A DNA stretch of 63,682 nt, the filler included, from Octopus bimaculoides (taxonomy: Eukaryota), in assembly GCF_001194135.2 (NCBI RefSeq). It is 6 parts of 6 records of this genome, joined end to end, with 100 filler letters (N's around TTAATTAATTAA, not from the genome) between each part and the next. Parts side by side here need not be neighbours in the genome. Positions count along the whole stretch, not along the records: positions 25,995 to 43,313 come from NC_068993.1; 5 more parts are not named here. One strand, written 5' to 3'. Made by a program: the position numbers and the translations under genes. How positions within the stretch are numbered: position 1 is the stretch's first letter; each line of letters opens with the position of its first letter. Positions 26,401 through 40,879 of this stretch are shown piece after piece. The notes below the pieces were generated by a model. That model ran no database searches. It saw nothing but the letters and a program-made list of their open reading frames with translations, and was not told the DNA's origin.

Positions 26401-27488
26401 AAATGAAAATTTACCTTTCTTCGTTATTTCTATTCGAGAAAATATCGGAAACGTCTCCTATGAATTTTGGTTGTGAAACTGTGAAACTGTCCTTCAAGAT
26501 TCTCCTCATTCTATTTACTGCACATTGCAAGCATTAAAAATTAAGTTTACATTCAAAGAATTTTCTCCGATCTGTAGTGCTGGATTCGTTGTTGCGTGCA
26601 ACACATGCACATTGGTGAATGTTGTAAATGTGATTAGTAAAATTTAGTTTATTCTCATCGTAATTGTCGTTTTTCATTGATTAAATGTTTAATTAACATT
26701 AATGTAATATCTGTTATTTTCGTTTTTGCTTAATTTAATTCCATTTAATAGTCATTAATAGATTGGTTTAATAATCAAAAACTTAATGTCTATTTATTCT
26801 TTTTTAATGTAAATTTAAATTCGTTAAGCATTGTGAATTTTAGGCTGTAGCCATTTTTTTTTTGTTCTTTGGTTTTGTACTCATCGTTATATAGTAACAA
26901 CTTTTTATGTAATTCTTGTTTTACTAAGGTACTCATTGTGCTCCGTGTTTTAGTGATTCTATGTAATCTCAACTACATATTTGTGTTCTTGTCGTTAAGT
27001 GCAATAATTCTTGAACAGCATTATACAATATTTTTGACGCTGTCAACAGCGTTGGATTGAATGTCATAGCTTAAAAGTTACAAGATATTTTCAGCAGAAA
27101 AGCTGATGATGTAATGTCTATGTTTATTCAAGTAATATTTACTCTTATTGCGGTGATTACTCAGCTGGCTCTACCCTTTCTTTTGTGGGTCCCCTTGGTT
27201 TGTTCGTACCTTTGAGTAACTTTATGTTCTTCGGTATAGTACACTCCGATTATAGCTTTACTTTCGAGCAGGAATCATCCAAAGTTTGATATAAGTCTAT
27301 ATCTAGATTTAATTGCCTCGCTTTTATTTGAATTAATTTTATGGTTAAGGGAATATCAGAGTCATATATCAAACTGGATCTTGATAAAAGCTTTAATCCA
27401 TTATCTTTGTCAGATCGTTGGAATATCAATTATTACAGGTTTCACTAGAAAAAGATTAATTATCATGGTTTGTCAAACAATAGATATA

Positions 27489-28785
27489 CAGGGTCTTACA
27501 AAAAATTTGATATCATTTCGCATTCTAATAACTTTGCCTGTTCTTATTGAAATGACTTCAAATTTTAACAGCATGTGTAGAAACAGATCAATATTTTATG
27601 CGTAATGTTTGATATGTTCATGTTATCAGGTATAGAAATGGCATTCACTGGAAGAGAAAAGGCGTTTTGTGTGTTGGCGTATGCTCGAGCACAGTTGAAG
27701 AAGACTGCAACGTGCATGCGAGAATTCTCTAGAATTTCAGCAATGGCAATGCGGATTTGGACATGGCACAAGAAATTCAAAGAGGAAGGCTGTCTCTGGA
27801 AGGCAAAAGGATCTGGACGACCACTAACATTGGAAGAGAAAGATGAGCGGGTTCGCAAAATACTGATGCGAAGCTCCAAGAAGTCCATAAGAAGAACAAG
27901 TCTGGAAAACCAGATTCCTCCAACGACAGCTTGGACCATACCCTTTTACTCTTTTACTTTTTTTACTTGTTTCAGTCATTTGACTGCGGCTATGCTGGAG
28001 CACCGCCTCTACTCGAGCAAATCGACCCCAGGACTTACTCTTTGTTAGCCTTGTACTTATTGTATCTGTCTCTTTTTCCGAACTGCTAGGTTACGGGGAC
28101 GTAAACACACCAGCATCAGGTGTCAAGCGATGTTGGGGGGACAAACACAGGCAAACAAACATATACACATACATACATATAATATATGCATATATCCGAC
28201 GGGTTTCTTTCAGTTTCCACCCACCAAATCCACTCACAAGGTTTTGGTCGGCCCGAGGCTATAGTAGAACACACTTGCTGAAGGTGCCACGCAGTGAGAC
28301 TGAACCCGGAATCATGTGGTTGATAAGCAAGCTACTTACCACACATCCACTCTTGCACCTAGGGAAATGCTTGCTAATGAAACCCTATAAGCTGCAGCTC
28401 GTTGAGGCCATAACGGCAGATGACAAGCGAAAGCGCCAACTTTGGGCTATGTGAAGGGCCTGGTTTATGTCCTGACTCATCCTGCAAACCTACAGGAACT
28501 CGAGCAGAAGATCACTACCACACTGGATAATGTTATCCAAGACATGCAACGCGTTTGGGAGAATCTGGACTAACGACTTGACGTATGCCGTGTCTCAGGT
28601 GGTGTGCATATTGAACATTTGCGAAATCATATATGGAATCCACATACGTTTGAATTTCTCATTCAAATTTGGAGGAATAAATCTTAAGTTGCTCAACATT
28701 AAATCTGTTTAGTTTCATTTGCCTTGGCTATGTGGTTTCTGTGATATTTACATCTCAAATAATATCAAATGTTTGAAGCACCCTG
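27489..28785 (+). mobile_element. Internally deleted Tc1/mariner-superfamily element with DUF4817-type HTH transposase, interrupted by a SINE
   Basis: TA-flanked imperfect TIRs CAGGGT..ATTTGATAT.ATTT. N-terminus MAFTGREKAFCVL..IWTWHKKFKEEGCL..SGRP..; after the SINE, RKCLLMKPYKLQL; C-terminus FWGYVKGLVY..RLDVCRVSGGVHIEHL. The catalytic core is missing. Confidence 0.88.
27943..28360 (-). mobile_element. Full-length SINE family A inserted in the Tc1-like transposase
   Basis: Same head, body and tail as 15563-15996. The transposase frame resumes on both sides. Confidence 0.85.
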
Positions 28786-28953
28786 TATATATATTAAAGT
28801 AGGTGCTGTTACTATAAGTAAAACCACACGCTGGAAAGGGAATGGCTCCTTGATAAAATCTTATATAGAATTTATCCTTATATTTAATTGATATATACAT
28901 ATATATATATACATGCATGTATGTACATATGTTTAATTGATAACTATATATGC

Positions 28954-29018
<65 letters not shown>

Positions 29019-32000
29019 TATCTATAAATACATACATAAACACAAACACACATATACACATAAACACATAAAACTCACATCACTCCACACAACACATACA
29101 CTACATTACTTCTACACATACACACACACCCAAACTAATGGGTTTGCACACACATGATAACCACACACATACGTGCACACATTTTTTTCTCTTCCTTCTT
29201 TTTTCTCTTCCTTCTTTTTTCTCTTAATCCTTTCTATCGAAGAGCGTAGGCTCGAAACTTAAAATACTTTTCCATTCTTTCTGAGCGCTAAACAAATACA
29301 CCTACTTGTTATTTCTACACCTGTCTTTGGTTTCTGTAAATTTGAACTATATATGTATATATGTGTGTGTGTAGCGATTAGAAACTCATCGATTATATTT
29401 CCACTCATGTGAGCGACATTTACGACTTTGAAAGAACTCAGCTCACAAAGTATAAATTACGCAAAGCAACAACATTAGCCTCAAACCAAGAAATAAGCGA
29501 GAAAGAATATCTGCCATACATTAAATAGAACTTGTGTGCATCACTGTTTCACAATTTCATCCTCGACAAGTAATTGTGACCGTAGCCATTCACGTCAAGC
29601 GATGGTGAAAATTCATTATTAGCTGTAAGTAGTGACCAAATGGATATCCATCACATTAATAAGTTCTACAACTTTGTATCCAACCTCGTTAATCTGATAA
29701 TGAAGGTACGTTGAAACGATTACGCAAACGCTTTTCAAAATATATCTAACACCGCATGAAATATTTCAGTAATCTTCTTATGTACACATATTTGTAAACA
29801 AATAGATAATATGAATGAAATAAATATCACAAAAATTCTATGATCTTGACAAAAGCATGGCCAGAACTATTTAAAAACGCAATCCCACTGTAAAAATATG
29901 TTAAACACAGGGGCCAAGGAGCTAATTTCACAACTGAGAAGAGAAGACCGTATAGAATATTCCCATCATTCATATACAGTCCATTACTGTTAAAAATCAC
30001 ACGGCCAGCTTCATCTCATTTAAAAGGGAATCGAAATAAGACACGAAGCGCATTTGATTGCTAAGAGCCTCAGGGTTAGAAGCTTAAAGAGTTGTGATCA
30101 ATGGAACTGTATTGTCATCGTCATCCTGTAGTTCGATTTGAATCATTCGAAGCAAAGTACAAGGCTGATCCATCTAATTCCCTTTCATGAATGTTAATCC
30201 TTCCGTGTCCGATCTATACTCTTCAAATCATCGATTTCAGGGAAAATCATCGGAGTTGATACTCAAGATACCAGGATTATGATGAATGCTACGATGGTTC
30301 TGATATCTCCTTTCACTCCTTTTGAATGAAACATGCGGGTAACCAGGTATTCACGGGGGTAAATATACGGCTTGATGCTTGGGATCTGAGATTATCTTCC
30401 CTTTCTAATCTCCGATTACACACTATCTTCATAACTCCGGATTTCGGAGATATGATGGATTAAAAATCGAAACAGCATTGAATAGCCACAAAGGGAATCG
30501 ATTTAGAAAGGATTTATTTAATACAATTGAAATGTTTAAAGATTTTGGATGAAAAACAAACAATAATTCTGCCGGCAACGGAATGAGAACTTAGTTACAT
30601 CTATAAACTCTCCAGCCACCTGCTAGGCTTCAGTAGGAGACGTGAGACCGGTATATGTAATTTCTTTTTTATCGTTCCTTGTTCAGTGAAAGCTTCAGTA
30701 TGGAAGCTTTGTATCAAAATTATTACTAGCTACGAGCAACTCCAATAGGAAACAAATTTTTATGGATACAAGAGAATACAGCAAAGAGAAAAGTATTCTA
30801 TTTCATCCACTGTACATACCATAAGCTACGACAAGCTCTTAAATCACATAGTATTAAGGTCAGTTATATCTGTGTAAACATCACTTACAGATAATAAAAA
30901 AAAATCTACAACCCGACACAACTCCGCATAAAACCACTCCGTCACCCAATTTGAATCAAAATCAATCTACATATCCTGCCAAAGAACAGTACCTCTTTAA
31001 CGAATTTGTAGATCGAGCAACCAGAAGAACCCCTAAGGTAGTGAAAGGTGTAATCTAGATCTACCTGAAAACAGGCTCCTGAGTAGTTCCCTTCAACTCC
31101 TTTCCAGATCAAAGAGAAGCTTGCTGATCTCATTGCTGTCACATTTTGTTTGTAAACCTCAGAAACTATCTGTTGGCACTGTTACAAATAATATGGTATA
31201 TTGTTCACAGGGCCAAACAATAGTTTGAAAATTCTCAGAAAAGCAGGCTTTGCCCAAATGAAGAATTTCAACCATGACGAATCCGTAAGAACACATAACT
31301 AGGTATTAGAATGAATTTACATTGCTGCCACCAGATATTGCTCCAGGAAACTTCCCAGCTGCCTGAAGGCCACCTTAAATACAAAATGGCTTATGTTAAA
31401 TTCAGGAGAATAATTGGTTATCACGGCCGTAGAGTTAGGTTGGCGTTCTCACATTTACACGACAAATGCAAACAGAAGCTGTGTAGATCTGCTAATGTCT
31501 CGATAATGCAGCCAGTTTTATCTAATGAAGATCGACCAATATATACCTCTTATTTTTTCAGTCTTGTCTAAAAAAAAAAGCAAGCAAAAAAAAAAAATAT
31601 ATATATACATCACAAGCATTAAATTCGTTTGCGTGGGTGAAACATGGTGTAGCGGAGATGAATTGAATCACTAATGCTTTCCAACACTATGCACACAGAC
31701 TGTCACACACACACACACNNNNNNNNNNNNNNNNNNNNNNNNNNNNNNNNNNNNNNNNNNNNNNNNNNNNNNNNNNNNNNNNNNNNNNNNNNNNNNNNNN
31801 NNNNNNNNNNNNNNNNNNNNNNNNNNNNNNNNNNNNNNNNNNNNNNNNNNNNNNNNNNNNNNNNNNNNNNNNNNNNNNNNNNNNNNNNNNNNNNNNNNNN
31901 NNNNNNNNNNNNNNNNNNNNNNNNNNNNNNNNNNNNNNNNNNNNNNNNNNNNNNNNNNNNNNNNNNNNNNNNNNNNNNNNNNNNNNNNNNNNNNNNNNNN

Positions 32001-32899
32001 NNNNNNNNNNNNNNNNNNNNNNNNNNNNNNNNNNNNNNNNNNNNNNNNNNNNNNNNNNNNNNNNNNNNNNNTATATATATTTATATTTATATATATGTAT
32101 GTATGTATATGCTGGAAATTCATAAACAGCGACTATTAGTGTCACGTTTTCCGATTTCTGAACAATCAATGCAATAAAAGAAACAATTTGATGTTTATAT
32201 TCAAGATAAGTAATAAAAACCGTTACATAAGCAGGTTACAATATTTTACCTTTTTATGGAAATTCTATAAGAACGTCAGTCGTTGGCACGCTACAAAAAA
32301 TTTTTGGTGATATATTACGAGAAAAATATTTACTTCTCTATGTGAATATATATACATGTGGATGTATGTGTGTGTATGTGTATTAGTGGATACTTGAGTG
32401 TATGCATATGTATATATGCATATTTGCACATAATAGTCAAAGTAAACTGCGTGTATGCAATCTACTGTAGCTGTATTATCTATAGCAATATGAACAACAC
32501 GAACAGTTACAATACGCTCACTAAGCGGAAAAAGTGAATTGCGTCGCTGTCATTGCTTATAAAGGATGAAACGGCAAAATGTTGCTTGTGAATGGACGAG
32601 AAATAAAACTTTGCTTGGCTAAAGTGCTATGCTCTCGTCTGTCATTTTCCTAGGTTTTCCCCCGTCTGTTTTCTTTCAATTTTTTTTCCAGATAGCTGTA
32701 TTAAAGTGGGTTAGAGTCCCCTTCTGATATTGCTCTAGCCTAGGAGTTCTCAACTACTTTTTATCCATGGATCCCTTTATTATTTTATTCTGGTGTCCCC
32801 ATCCCTTCGATATTTAAAAACTAGTTTTGTAGAAACTTCTTCCAAAATTTCTTCTTTGTTTCCTCACATTAACCTGTGTAGGTAGAACTATGCAAAATG

Positions 32900-33300
32900 T
32901 TAGAGAAAGAAACCTAGCTGTTTCTTGCAATATATATCAATACATACATCTTAAGCAGAACTTTTTCAGGCACCTTTAATATTTCATTGAGGATCCCAAA
33001 TTTACTATTTTATTGCCTAGAAAAATCTTATGATATGGACCCTCAGGGGCTATATGAAACCTAGCTGAGACCCACTTTTGCCCATTTTATATGGCAAAAT
33101 TTAAGCACTGTATTGCATGGAGACTCGATGGAAATTCTGATGTCGGCTTTAATACGCAAGGGGTTTGAACAGGTAGTTGTGAGGGTCTTAGAGTTTCAGA
33201 TAAGGTCAATCAAACTCAATTTGTGAGAAGAACTAAAACTTCATCAAAATACTAATAATGAATCTGATACTAAGACCAAAATGAGGAAGGAGACATGCCA
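32900..33300 (+). mobile_element. Possible very old LINE RT remnant
   Basis: Only a CLEKSYDM motif (cf. DLEKAYD) and weak downstream similarity. Confidence 0.3.
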
Positions 33301-33640
33301 TGGAGTTTATGTGTGGTGAAGAAATTAAACAGCAAACGTTACAACGGGTCATCGGCTATATGTATTACATTAGTTAAACCCAAAGAGCTTTTGAGAACAT
33401 CTAGTTAGTTCCATTAATATTATGTAATTTGAAGTAAATGTCTCCTTCACTCTAATGCCAGTCTATTCTATCATAAATTTTCTTTTTTGTAATTTCTATC
33501 TTTTACTTATGTCTGGGGAGAGTCATTCTCTTTTAGTGCCTTATAATTTAACACTCACCGGTAAAATTTCTACATTTCTGTTTTTAGAAACTTACTATTT
33601 TTAAATCTCACAACGTGAGATATTCAGCAACAATACTTTG

Positions 33641-33878
33641 TAGTAAAGATTGTCTGCCAATATAACATGGCAGTCCTGGTTTAGGATTAACGTTGCTGTA
33701 ATTTAGCCCCAGGAGACAGCGTCTCCAACTGGCTATAAGACACGATCTGTGTTCGAAAATATAAAGACAGAGATCGTGTCGTTTAGCCAGCTGGAGACTG
33801 TGTCTCCTGGGGCTAAATTAAAGCAACATCAGTCCTAAACTAGGACTGCCGTGTTGTGTTGGCAAACAATCTTTACTA
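33641..33878. repeat. Palindromic MITE-like element
   Basis: ~110-bp arms TAGTAAAGATTG..TTTAGCCCCAGGAGACA..GACACGATCT and their reverse complement around a ~16-nt loop. Confidence 0.88.
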
Positions 33879-35041
33879 TTTCTTTTTTATTTTCTTCTAA
33901 ATACTATTGAAATGTGTGCGTGTGTGTTTGTGGCTATATGCGTCCGTGTATATGTGTGTGTGTGTGTGTGTATGTGTGTGTGTGTATTTGAATTTAGCAC
34001 TAAAAATCACTATTGCCAAAACAGGCTAAGCGACCAGTCTACCGCACCACATTGTCGGCGCCCAAACAGCTGCGCCCAACAGGATCATTCTGTTCATTTA
34101 ATTCTTCTGTAAATTGCAGACACGGCTCGAAGGAAAAACAGAATCACAAAAACATTGCCAGTATTTTCAGAGCTAAGAAAATATAACACTAGAGAGAAAG
34201 CGTCAATTGTTTCCACTAACCACTACTGTCGCCAGTATGTTTATCAAAACACGCATTTCGTTAATAGATGACATTGCTTTTCACTAATGCCTTCAAAGAA
34301 ACAGCAAGTTTAAGCATTAAAAATAACATTAACAAGTAATCTCTAAATGACTGCATCAAGACTTTGTTGTCAAATAAGACGACAGCGTTGATGACGAAAA
34401 TTAACTTAGAAGAGAAAGCTGTATCACCAGTATATATATGTGTGGTGGGCGAATGGAAGTGTTATGACTCCGTTTACTTACAGAGTAGAGCGCTACATGT
34501 CTCATGATCTATTTATATATTGCATTAGGCTATTTGTAGGTTTAGTAGAGCAGCGCTTTTGAGATGGTGTAAGCAGCAGTTTCTTTCTCTTCTCTTCGTG
34601 TTGCTGTTTAGCATTTGATCTTCATGATCTAGTAGACCCCAACAGCTATTCCATTTATACTCAACCCGCCTAGTCTGCAGAATCTCCTATTCTAGGGCTG
34701 TCGAAGTTGTTGTTTAGTCCCCTGGACTGACCACATCCATCATCAAATGTGCTTCACATAATGTCATCAGATTCTTTCTTCATGCATTATTTTTTATATT
34801 TTACTTGCTTTAGTCATTAGACTGTGGCCATGCTGGTGCACCGCCTTCAAAGATATTTAGTCAAATGAATCAGCTCCAGTTGTTTCTAAGACTGGTACTT
34901 ATTCTCTCTTTTACTACCGAACCTCCAAGTCACGTTTGTGTGTGTGTGTGTGCGCGCGTGTGTGCGACAACCGGTGTCGATATTTTTACCGACACCGGTT
35001 GTCACACACAGACACACACACATATAGAGATAGATAGATAG

Positions 35042-35104
<63 letters not shown>

Positions 35105-37620
35105 CATTGAATATTTTGGACTAATGGGTATATATCAATTAGTGCATTGAAGTGTTCAACAGAGCACTGGCACACTTTGGGCTACTTGGTGTCATCCGAA
35201 GTTGGGGTATATTTCCGTTGTCTCTACTTCAGGAATCCGCAGTATTAGTTGAGATGATGAAAATAATTGATTATGTAACAAGAAAATGAATTCGGTATTA
35301 ACCTTTTTTTTCTTTTACAATGGTCATTCTTGCTACTGTCCCTTACAGTTGGAACTCTGTTCAGCATGTTGTGGTGCATCAGTTTTGCAGTCTGGATCTC
35401 ATCGAGTACATCCATGCATAAAGTTGTGTCGCGTTAAAAATCCTGAACTGTGGCTGTCGTGTTTTTTTTAAAAGCCTGTTTGGTTAGGGAATGAAACATC
35501 GCTCTAATTTTCAAGGTATACTTCGTCGAGAACATCGAACACAACTGAATAACGATCGGATATATACGTCGTAGCGCTTGTTGAAAACCATATTAAATTA
35601 AAGTTAATCTTTGATTATGAATCTTGTAGTTTTTATCACAAGCTTAATTCTAATTTTGAGTAAGGCTTTATATGCTGTCGCTCCAGTCTTTCTTGAACAG
35701 ATTTAAACATTGAGCTAACGCTCCCTACTGAAGTTGACGCGAAATATGTTGATTTAGCTCGCTACATTAATTATATTAGGAATGATTTAACTACACACAT
35801 ACAAAATCATACCCATATATATATNNNNNNNNNNNNNNNNNNNNNNNNNNNNNNNNNNNNNNNNNNNNNNNNNNNNNNNNNNNNNNNNNNNNNNNNNNNN
35901 NNNNNNNNNNNNNNNNNNNNNNNNNNNNNNNNNNNNNNNNNNNNNNNNNNNNNNNNNNNNNNNNNNNNNNNNNNNNNNNNNNNNNNNNNNNNNNNNNNNN
36001 NNNNNNNNNNNNNNNNNNNNNNNNNNNNNNNNNNNNNNNNNNNNNNNNNNNNNNNNNNNNNNNNNNNNNNNNNNNNNNNNNNNNNNNNNNNNNNNNNNAT
36101 ATATATATATATATATATAGTTAAGTTAATTTAGTGATAACATATTTAATGCTGTGAGTCTTATATTCATAACTAGGAATAGTTGTATGGTGAGGGAGAG
36201 AATATGAGAAGATTAGTGAATGAATAATATTGTTTTAATTATTTAAATAATTAAATCTGCTGAACGAAGCACAGATTTCATCATACCAGACGAAGAAGTG
36301 ATGAGGGAATCATTAATTAGATTCACAATATTTTACACATGTAGACATAGAAAATTGAAATTATTATTTACAGAATAAATTAGCCGGAGAAATTACATCC
36401 ATATAAAACACACATGCTCACACATACTCGCACTCACGCACTCACGCGCGCACGCTCGCGCTCGCGCGCTTATTTAAATATTTATAAGGAACAACGTTTC
36501 TTTCAGCCATATGTTCGATACAGCAGTGTGATTTATTTTTATTTTCTTTGTCATGATGTGGTTTTTGTTTACCATATTTTCATACGAGTTCCTTTTTGTT
36601 TATTCTGGAAAAAGAAAGTTACTAAATCCATCATCAAACTTTCTAAACCTCATAATCTCATACTCACACACTTACACACACCTTTACACACACACACACA
36701 CACACACACTTACATACACACTTACATACACACATTCATACACACACACACACACANNNNNNNNNNTGTGTGTGTGTGTGTGTGTGTGTGGCTTAGTGGT
36801 TAGAACTTTCGATTCACGATTGAATTGTCGTGAATGGTCGTGAGATCGACACAGCGGCGGATGCGTTCTGTCCCCTTCAGATACTTTATTTCATGATCTT
36901 CCAATCCATTCAGCTGGCAATGATAAGTTGTACCAGTAATTCAAAACGGCCAGCCTTATCTCATTCTGTGTCACTCTGCACCTCAATCTCCCTGAGAACT
37001 ACGGTAAGGGAGTGCATGTTTGCAGAGTGGTCAGGTATTCAGGCATTTGCACGTTATGTTCAGGTCAACTGGAACACACGTCATCATAACAGACGAATTG
37101 TACGTTGTATATATATATATATATATATATATATNNNNNNNNNNNNNNNNNNNNNNNNNNNNNNNNNNNNNNNNNNNNNNNNNNNNNNNNNNNNNNNNNN
37201 NNNNNNNNNNNNNNNNNNNNNNNNNNNNNNNNNNNNNNNNNNNNNNNNNNNNNNNNNNNNNNNNNNNNNNNNNNNNNNNNNNNNNNNNNNNNNNNNNNNN
37301 NNNNNNNNNNNNNNNNNNNNNNNNNNNNNNNNNNNNNNNNNNNNNNNNNNNNNNNNNNNNNNNNNNNNNNNNNNNNNNNNNNNNNNNNNNNNNNNNNNNN
37401 NNNNNNNNNNNNNNNNNNNNNNNNNNNNNNNNNNNNNNNNNNNNNNNNNNNNNNNNNNNNNNNNNNNNNNNNNNNNNNNNNNNNNNNNNNNNNNNNNNNN
37501 NNNNNNNNNNNNNNNNNNNNNNNNNNNNNNNNNNNNNNNNNNNNNNNNNNNNNNNNNNNNNNNNNATATATTCATGTCTATATATGTTTGTATATATACA
37601 TATATATGTGTGTGTGTGTC

Positions 37621-37668
<48 letters not shown>

Positions 37669-39071
37669 TATGATGCTATATTTTCAACTTATATGATATT
37701 CCTTGAAATTATTTTGTGAATAAAGGAAAACGAAACCAATACCTTGGGTAGATTAATAAATTATTATAGGCTAAAACTCCAGCTGCAGTATATTCCGTTA
37801 GTTAAAGTTTCGTGTCCGAAGGCAATGTTCATACGTAACTCACTGCTAGGAATATTATTATAAACGAAACTAACTAATTGAAACCTTGCAGATTATATAT
37901 ATATATAGAAAATGCTACATGTCATGTTAAGGTTTTGAAGTCGGCTGGGGGAAAATATTGGTCAATTTCTAGTCATATTAAACACCTCCATAAAACACAA
38001 TCCTCGCTGTCACCAAGACAAAGTGAATCAGAAATATGTAGAAAGAGTGTAAGTACATTGCCACTGAATGTTATTATTATAATCAGTCTTCCTCAACGGA
38101 ACTGAGTAGAATGCTCTCCGCTGATAAGGTGCAATAAGCCTGAAATATCTTTCTTTCTTCAGTTAAGCTGATTAATGGTCATAATATGTATTATATATTT
38201 TTTTTCTACTCTAGGCACAAGGCCCGAAATTTTGTGAGAGGTGGCACGTCGATTAGATCGACCCCAGTGCGCAAATGGTACTTGATTTATCGACCAGGAA
38301 AGGATAAAATGCAAAGTTGACTTCGTTGAGATTTTAACTCAGAACCTAAAGACAGACCTTTAAGCATTTCGACCGGCATGCTAATGTTTCTTATTTCTTT
38401 ATTGCCCACAAGGGACTAAACATAGAGGGGACAAACAAGAACAGACATAGGGATTAAGTCGATTACATCGACCCCAGTGCGTTACTGGTACTTAAATTAT
38501 CGACCCCAAAACGATAAAAGGCAAAGTCGAGCTCGGTGGAATTTGAACTCAGAACACGAAATACCCCTAAGCATTTCCCCCCGGCGTCCTAACGTTTCTG
38601 CCAACTCGCCGCTTTAATATATGTAGTATATATTATCTAGAGAAGGTGCCGAACACAAATTTTACAGTTGCTAGATTCGCCATCATAATGTCAATTGCTC
38701 TATAGGGTAGCACATTGTTTCCTTGAGCAAGGCACATTACTTCACGTTAGTTAGTCTACTCCACTGAGAACGAGCACCAACCGAGCGCTGGTGCATCTCT
38801 CTGTCCCCATGTCACACATTAAATCCGTCGCTTCGTCAAATGACGGGAGAGTTGAGTAATCTATGACTGTTCGCGACTGCACAGTTAACGGCAAATAGAT
38901 TACTAAACATATTTATTCTCAGTTGACCACTGGCTCTTTTTTATTATCCAGAAGACAATTAATTGATTGAATTAGATTTTAAAACACTAAAAGCGCATGC
39001 AAATTCTATGGGTAATCTCAGTTAATCGAGTATTTTGAAGTCACTATAGCAGACATGTAAACCAATCTTAC

Positions 39072-39121
39072 CCAATTTGTATTCAGTATGGAGGATGCTT
39101 CGTGCGGTATTTCGAACAGAT
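39072..39121 (-). CDS. Candidate 50-nt orphan exon
   Basis: Acceptor ctgtttggctttcag, donor TGG|GTAAGA. Two frames are open (LFEIPHEASSILNTNW or SVRNTARSILHTEYKL). Confidence 0.28.
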
Positions 39122-40879
39122 CTGAAAGCCAAACAGTGTGAATTAAAAATGAATCAGAAATAATAGGAAGCACCAAAATTATGTTTAACCCTTAAACGGC
39201 GGACATCATTAATTGATGTTTCACTTGACTACAGCGGCCATCATCGGTTCCTCTTTGAAAGACTTTTCATGAATACAACGATGATCAAAAGAAAAGTGAA
39301 TATTTTATGGCACTTTCCGATAAAGCGAATATAGATTTTATTGTGAGCAAGACTAACTATAATTATAGGGTTTGTCCCTATTAAAAGTGAAAATAAGTAT
39401 AACAATTAACTTTAAGAAAACCAGTTTGGCAGATATATTTATGCAACCTTTTCTCACTGTGTAAGGGTTAATTGAACCGTTTTTGTTTCTCTTTCTTTCA
39501 ATACAAACACACTAACTTGCTTACTAACCACATGGTTCCGGGTTCAGTCCAACCATGTTGCACCTTGGCCAAGTATCTTCTACTATAACCTCGAGCCGAC
39601 CAAAGCCTTGTGAGTTGATCTGGTAGACGGAAAATTAAAGAAGCCCCTCGTATATATATATATATATATNNNNNNNNNNNNNNNNNNNNNNNNNNNNNNN
39701 NNNNNNNNNNNNNNNNNNNNNNNNNNNNNNNNNNNNNNNNNNNNNNNNNNNNNNNNNNNNNNNNNNNNNNNNNNNNNNNNNNNNNNNNNNNNNNNNNNNN
39801 NNNNNNNNNNNNNNNNNNNNNNNNNNNNNNNNNNNNNNNNNNNNNNNNNNNNNNNNNNNNNNNNNNNNNNNNNNNNNNNNNNNNNNNNNNNNNNNNNNNN
39901 NNNNNNNNNNNNNNNNNNNNNNNNNNNNNNNNNNNNNNNNNNNNNNNNNNNNNNNGCTAATCCCTGTATATTTATGATGATAAATGGTTTTACCGATAAA
40001 GTTTTTTTCATACTGAACTACTTAGCAAAATTGTTAATTATTAATTCTATTATTAATTGACGATTCCCTGCCCTTATTCTTGTATATATATGTATATGTA
40101 GGTTTGTGTATATAGTTGCGTATTTTTCCCCCACCCCCACAAATATCACTTGACAACCAATGCTGGTGTGTTTACGTCCCCGTAACTAAGTGGTTCGGGA
40201 AAAGAGCCCAAGAATAAGTGCTAGGTTTGCAAAGAATAAGTCCTGGAGTCGATTTGCTCGACTAAAGGCGGTGTACTCTTTCACCACAACATTCTCTCAC
40301 TCTTTCTTCCTGTTTCTCTTGTACCTGTAATTGAAAGGGGCCAGCCTTGTCACACTCTGTGCCACGCTGAATCTCCCCGAGAACTACGTTAAGGGCACAC
40401 CTGTCTATGGAGTGCTCAACCAGTTGCACGTTAATTTCATGAGCAAGCTGTTCCGTTTGTCCAGATCAACTGGAGCCCTTGTCGTCGTAACCGACGGGAT
40501 GTCACGACTTTATACCCCACGGATAACGCTATCCTCGGTGCTATTCGAAGTCCGACTTTAAATGCCGGAACCAATTCCACAAGATATTATTTTTATCACT
40601 CAAATCGATATTTACCAATCCAATTAATATATAGTGTTTCATACAAAGAATGTTATCCTGACATACTAATTCCAATGTAACCTACTGTCCTAAACGTGAT
40701 TAACATCTACCTAAAACTCTGTGTGTGTTTGTGTGTGTGCCTCTGTGCGCTTGTATGTCAGGACAACTGTGTACATACGTACATACAAACATACATACGT
40801 ATATGCGTACAAACATAAACACAAATATACATACAAACACACATGCGTACAAACGTACATGCACGTATACATACATACA

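Noticed and set aside
34110-34270. Plus-strand acceptor followed by a 51-codon ORF (TARRKNRITKTLPVF..)
   Set aside because: No upstream partner exon or recognisable motif; compatible with chance.
37975-38030. Minus-strand CLGDSED as the Ser195 exon of the peptidase
   Set aside because: Lacks GGP, has no acceptor, hits a stop within 9 codons and lies across a scaffold join.
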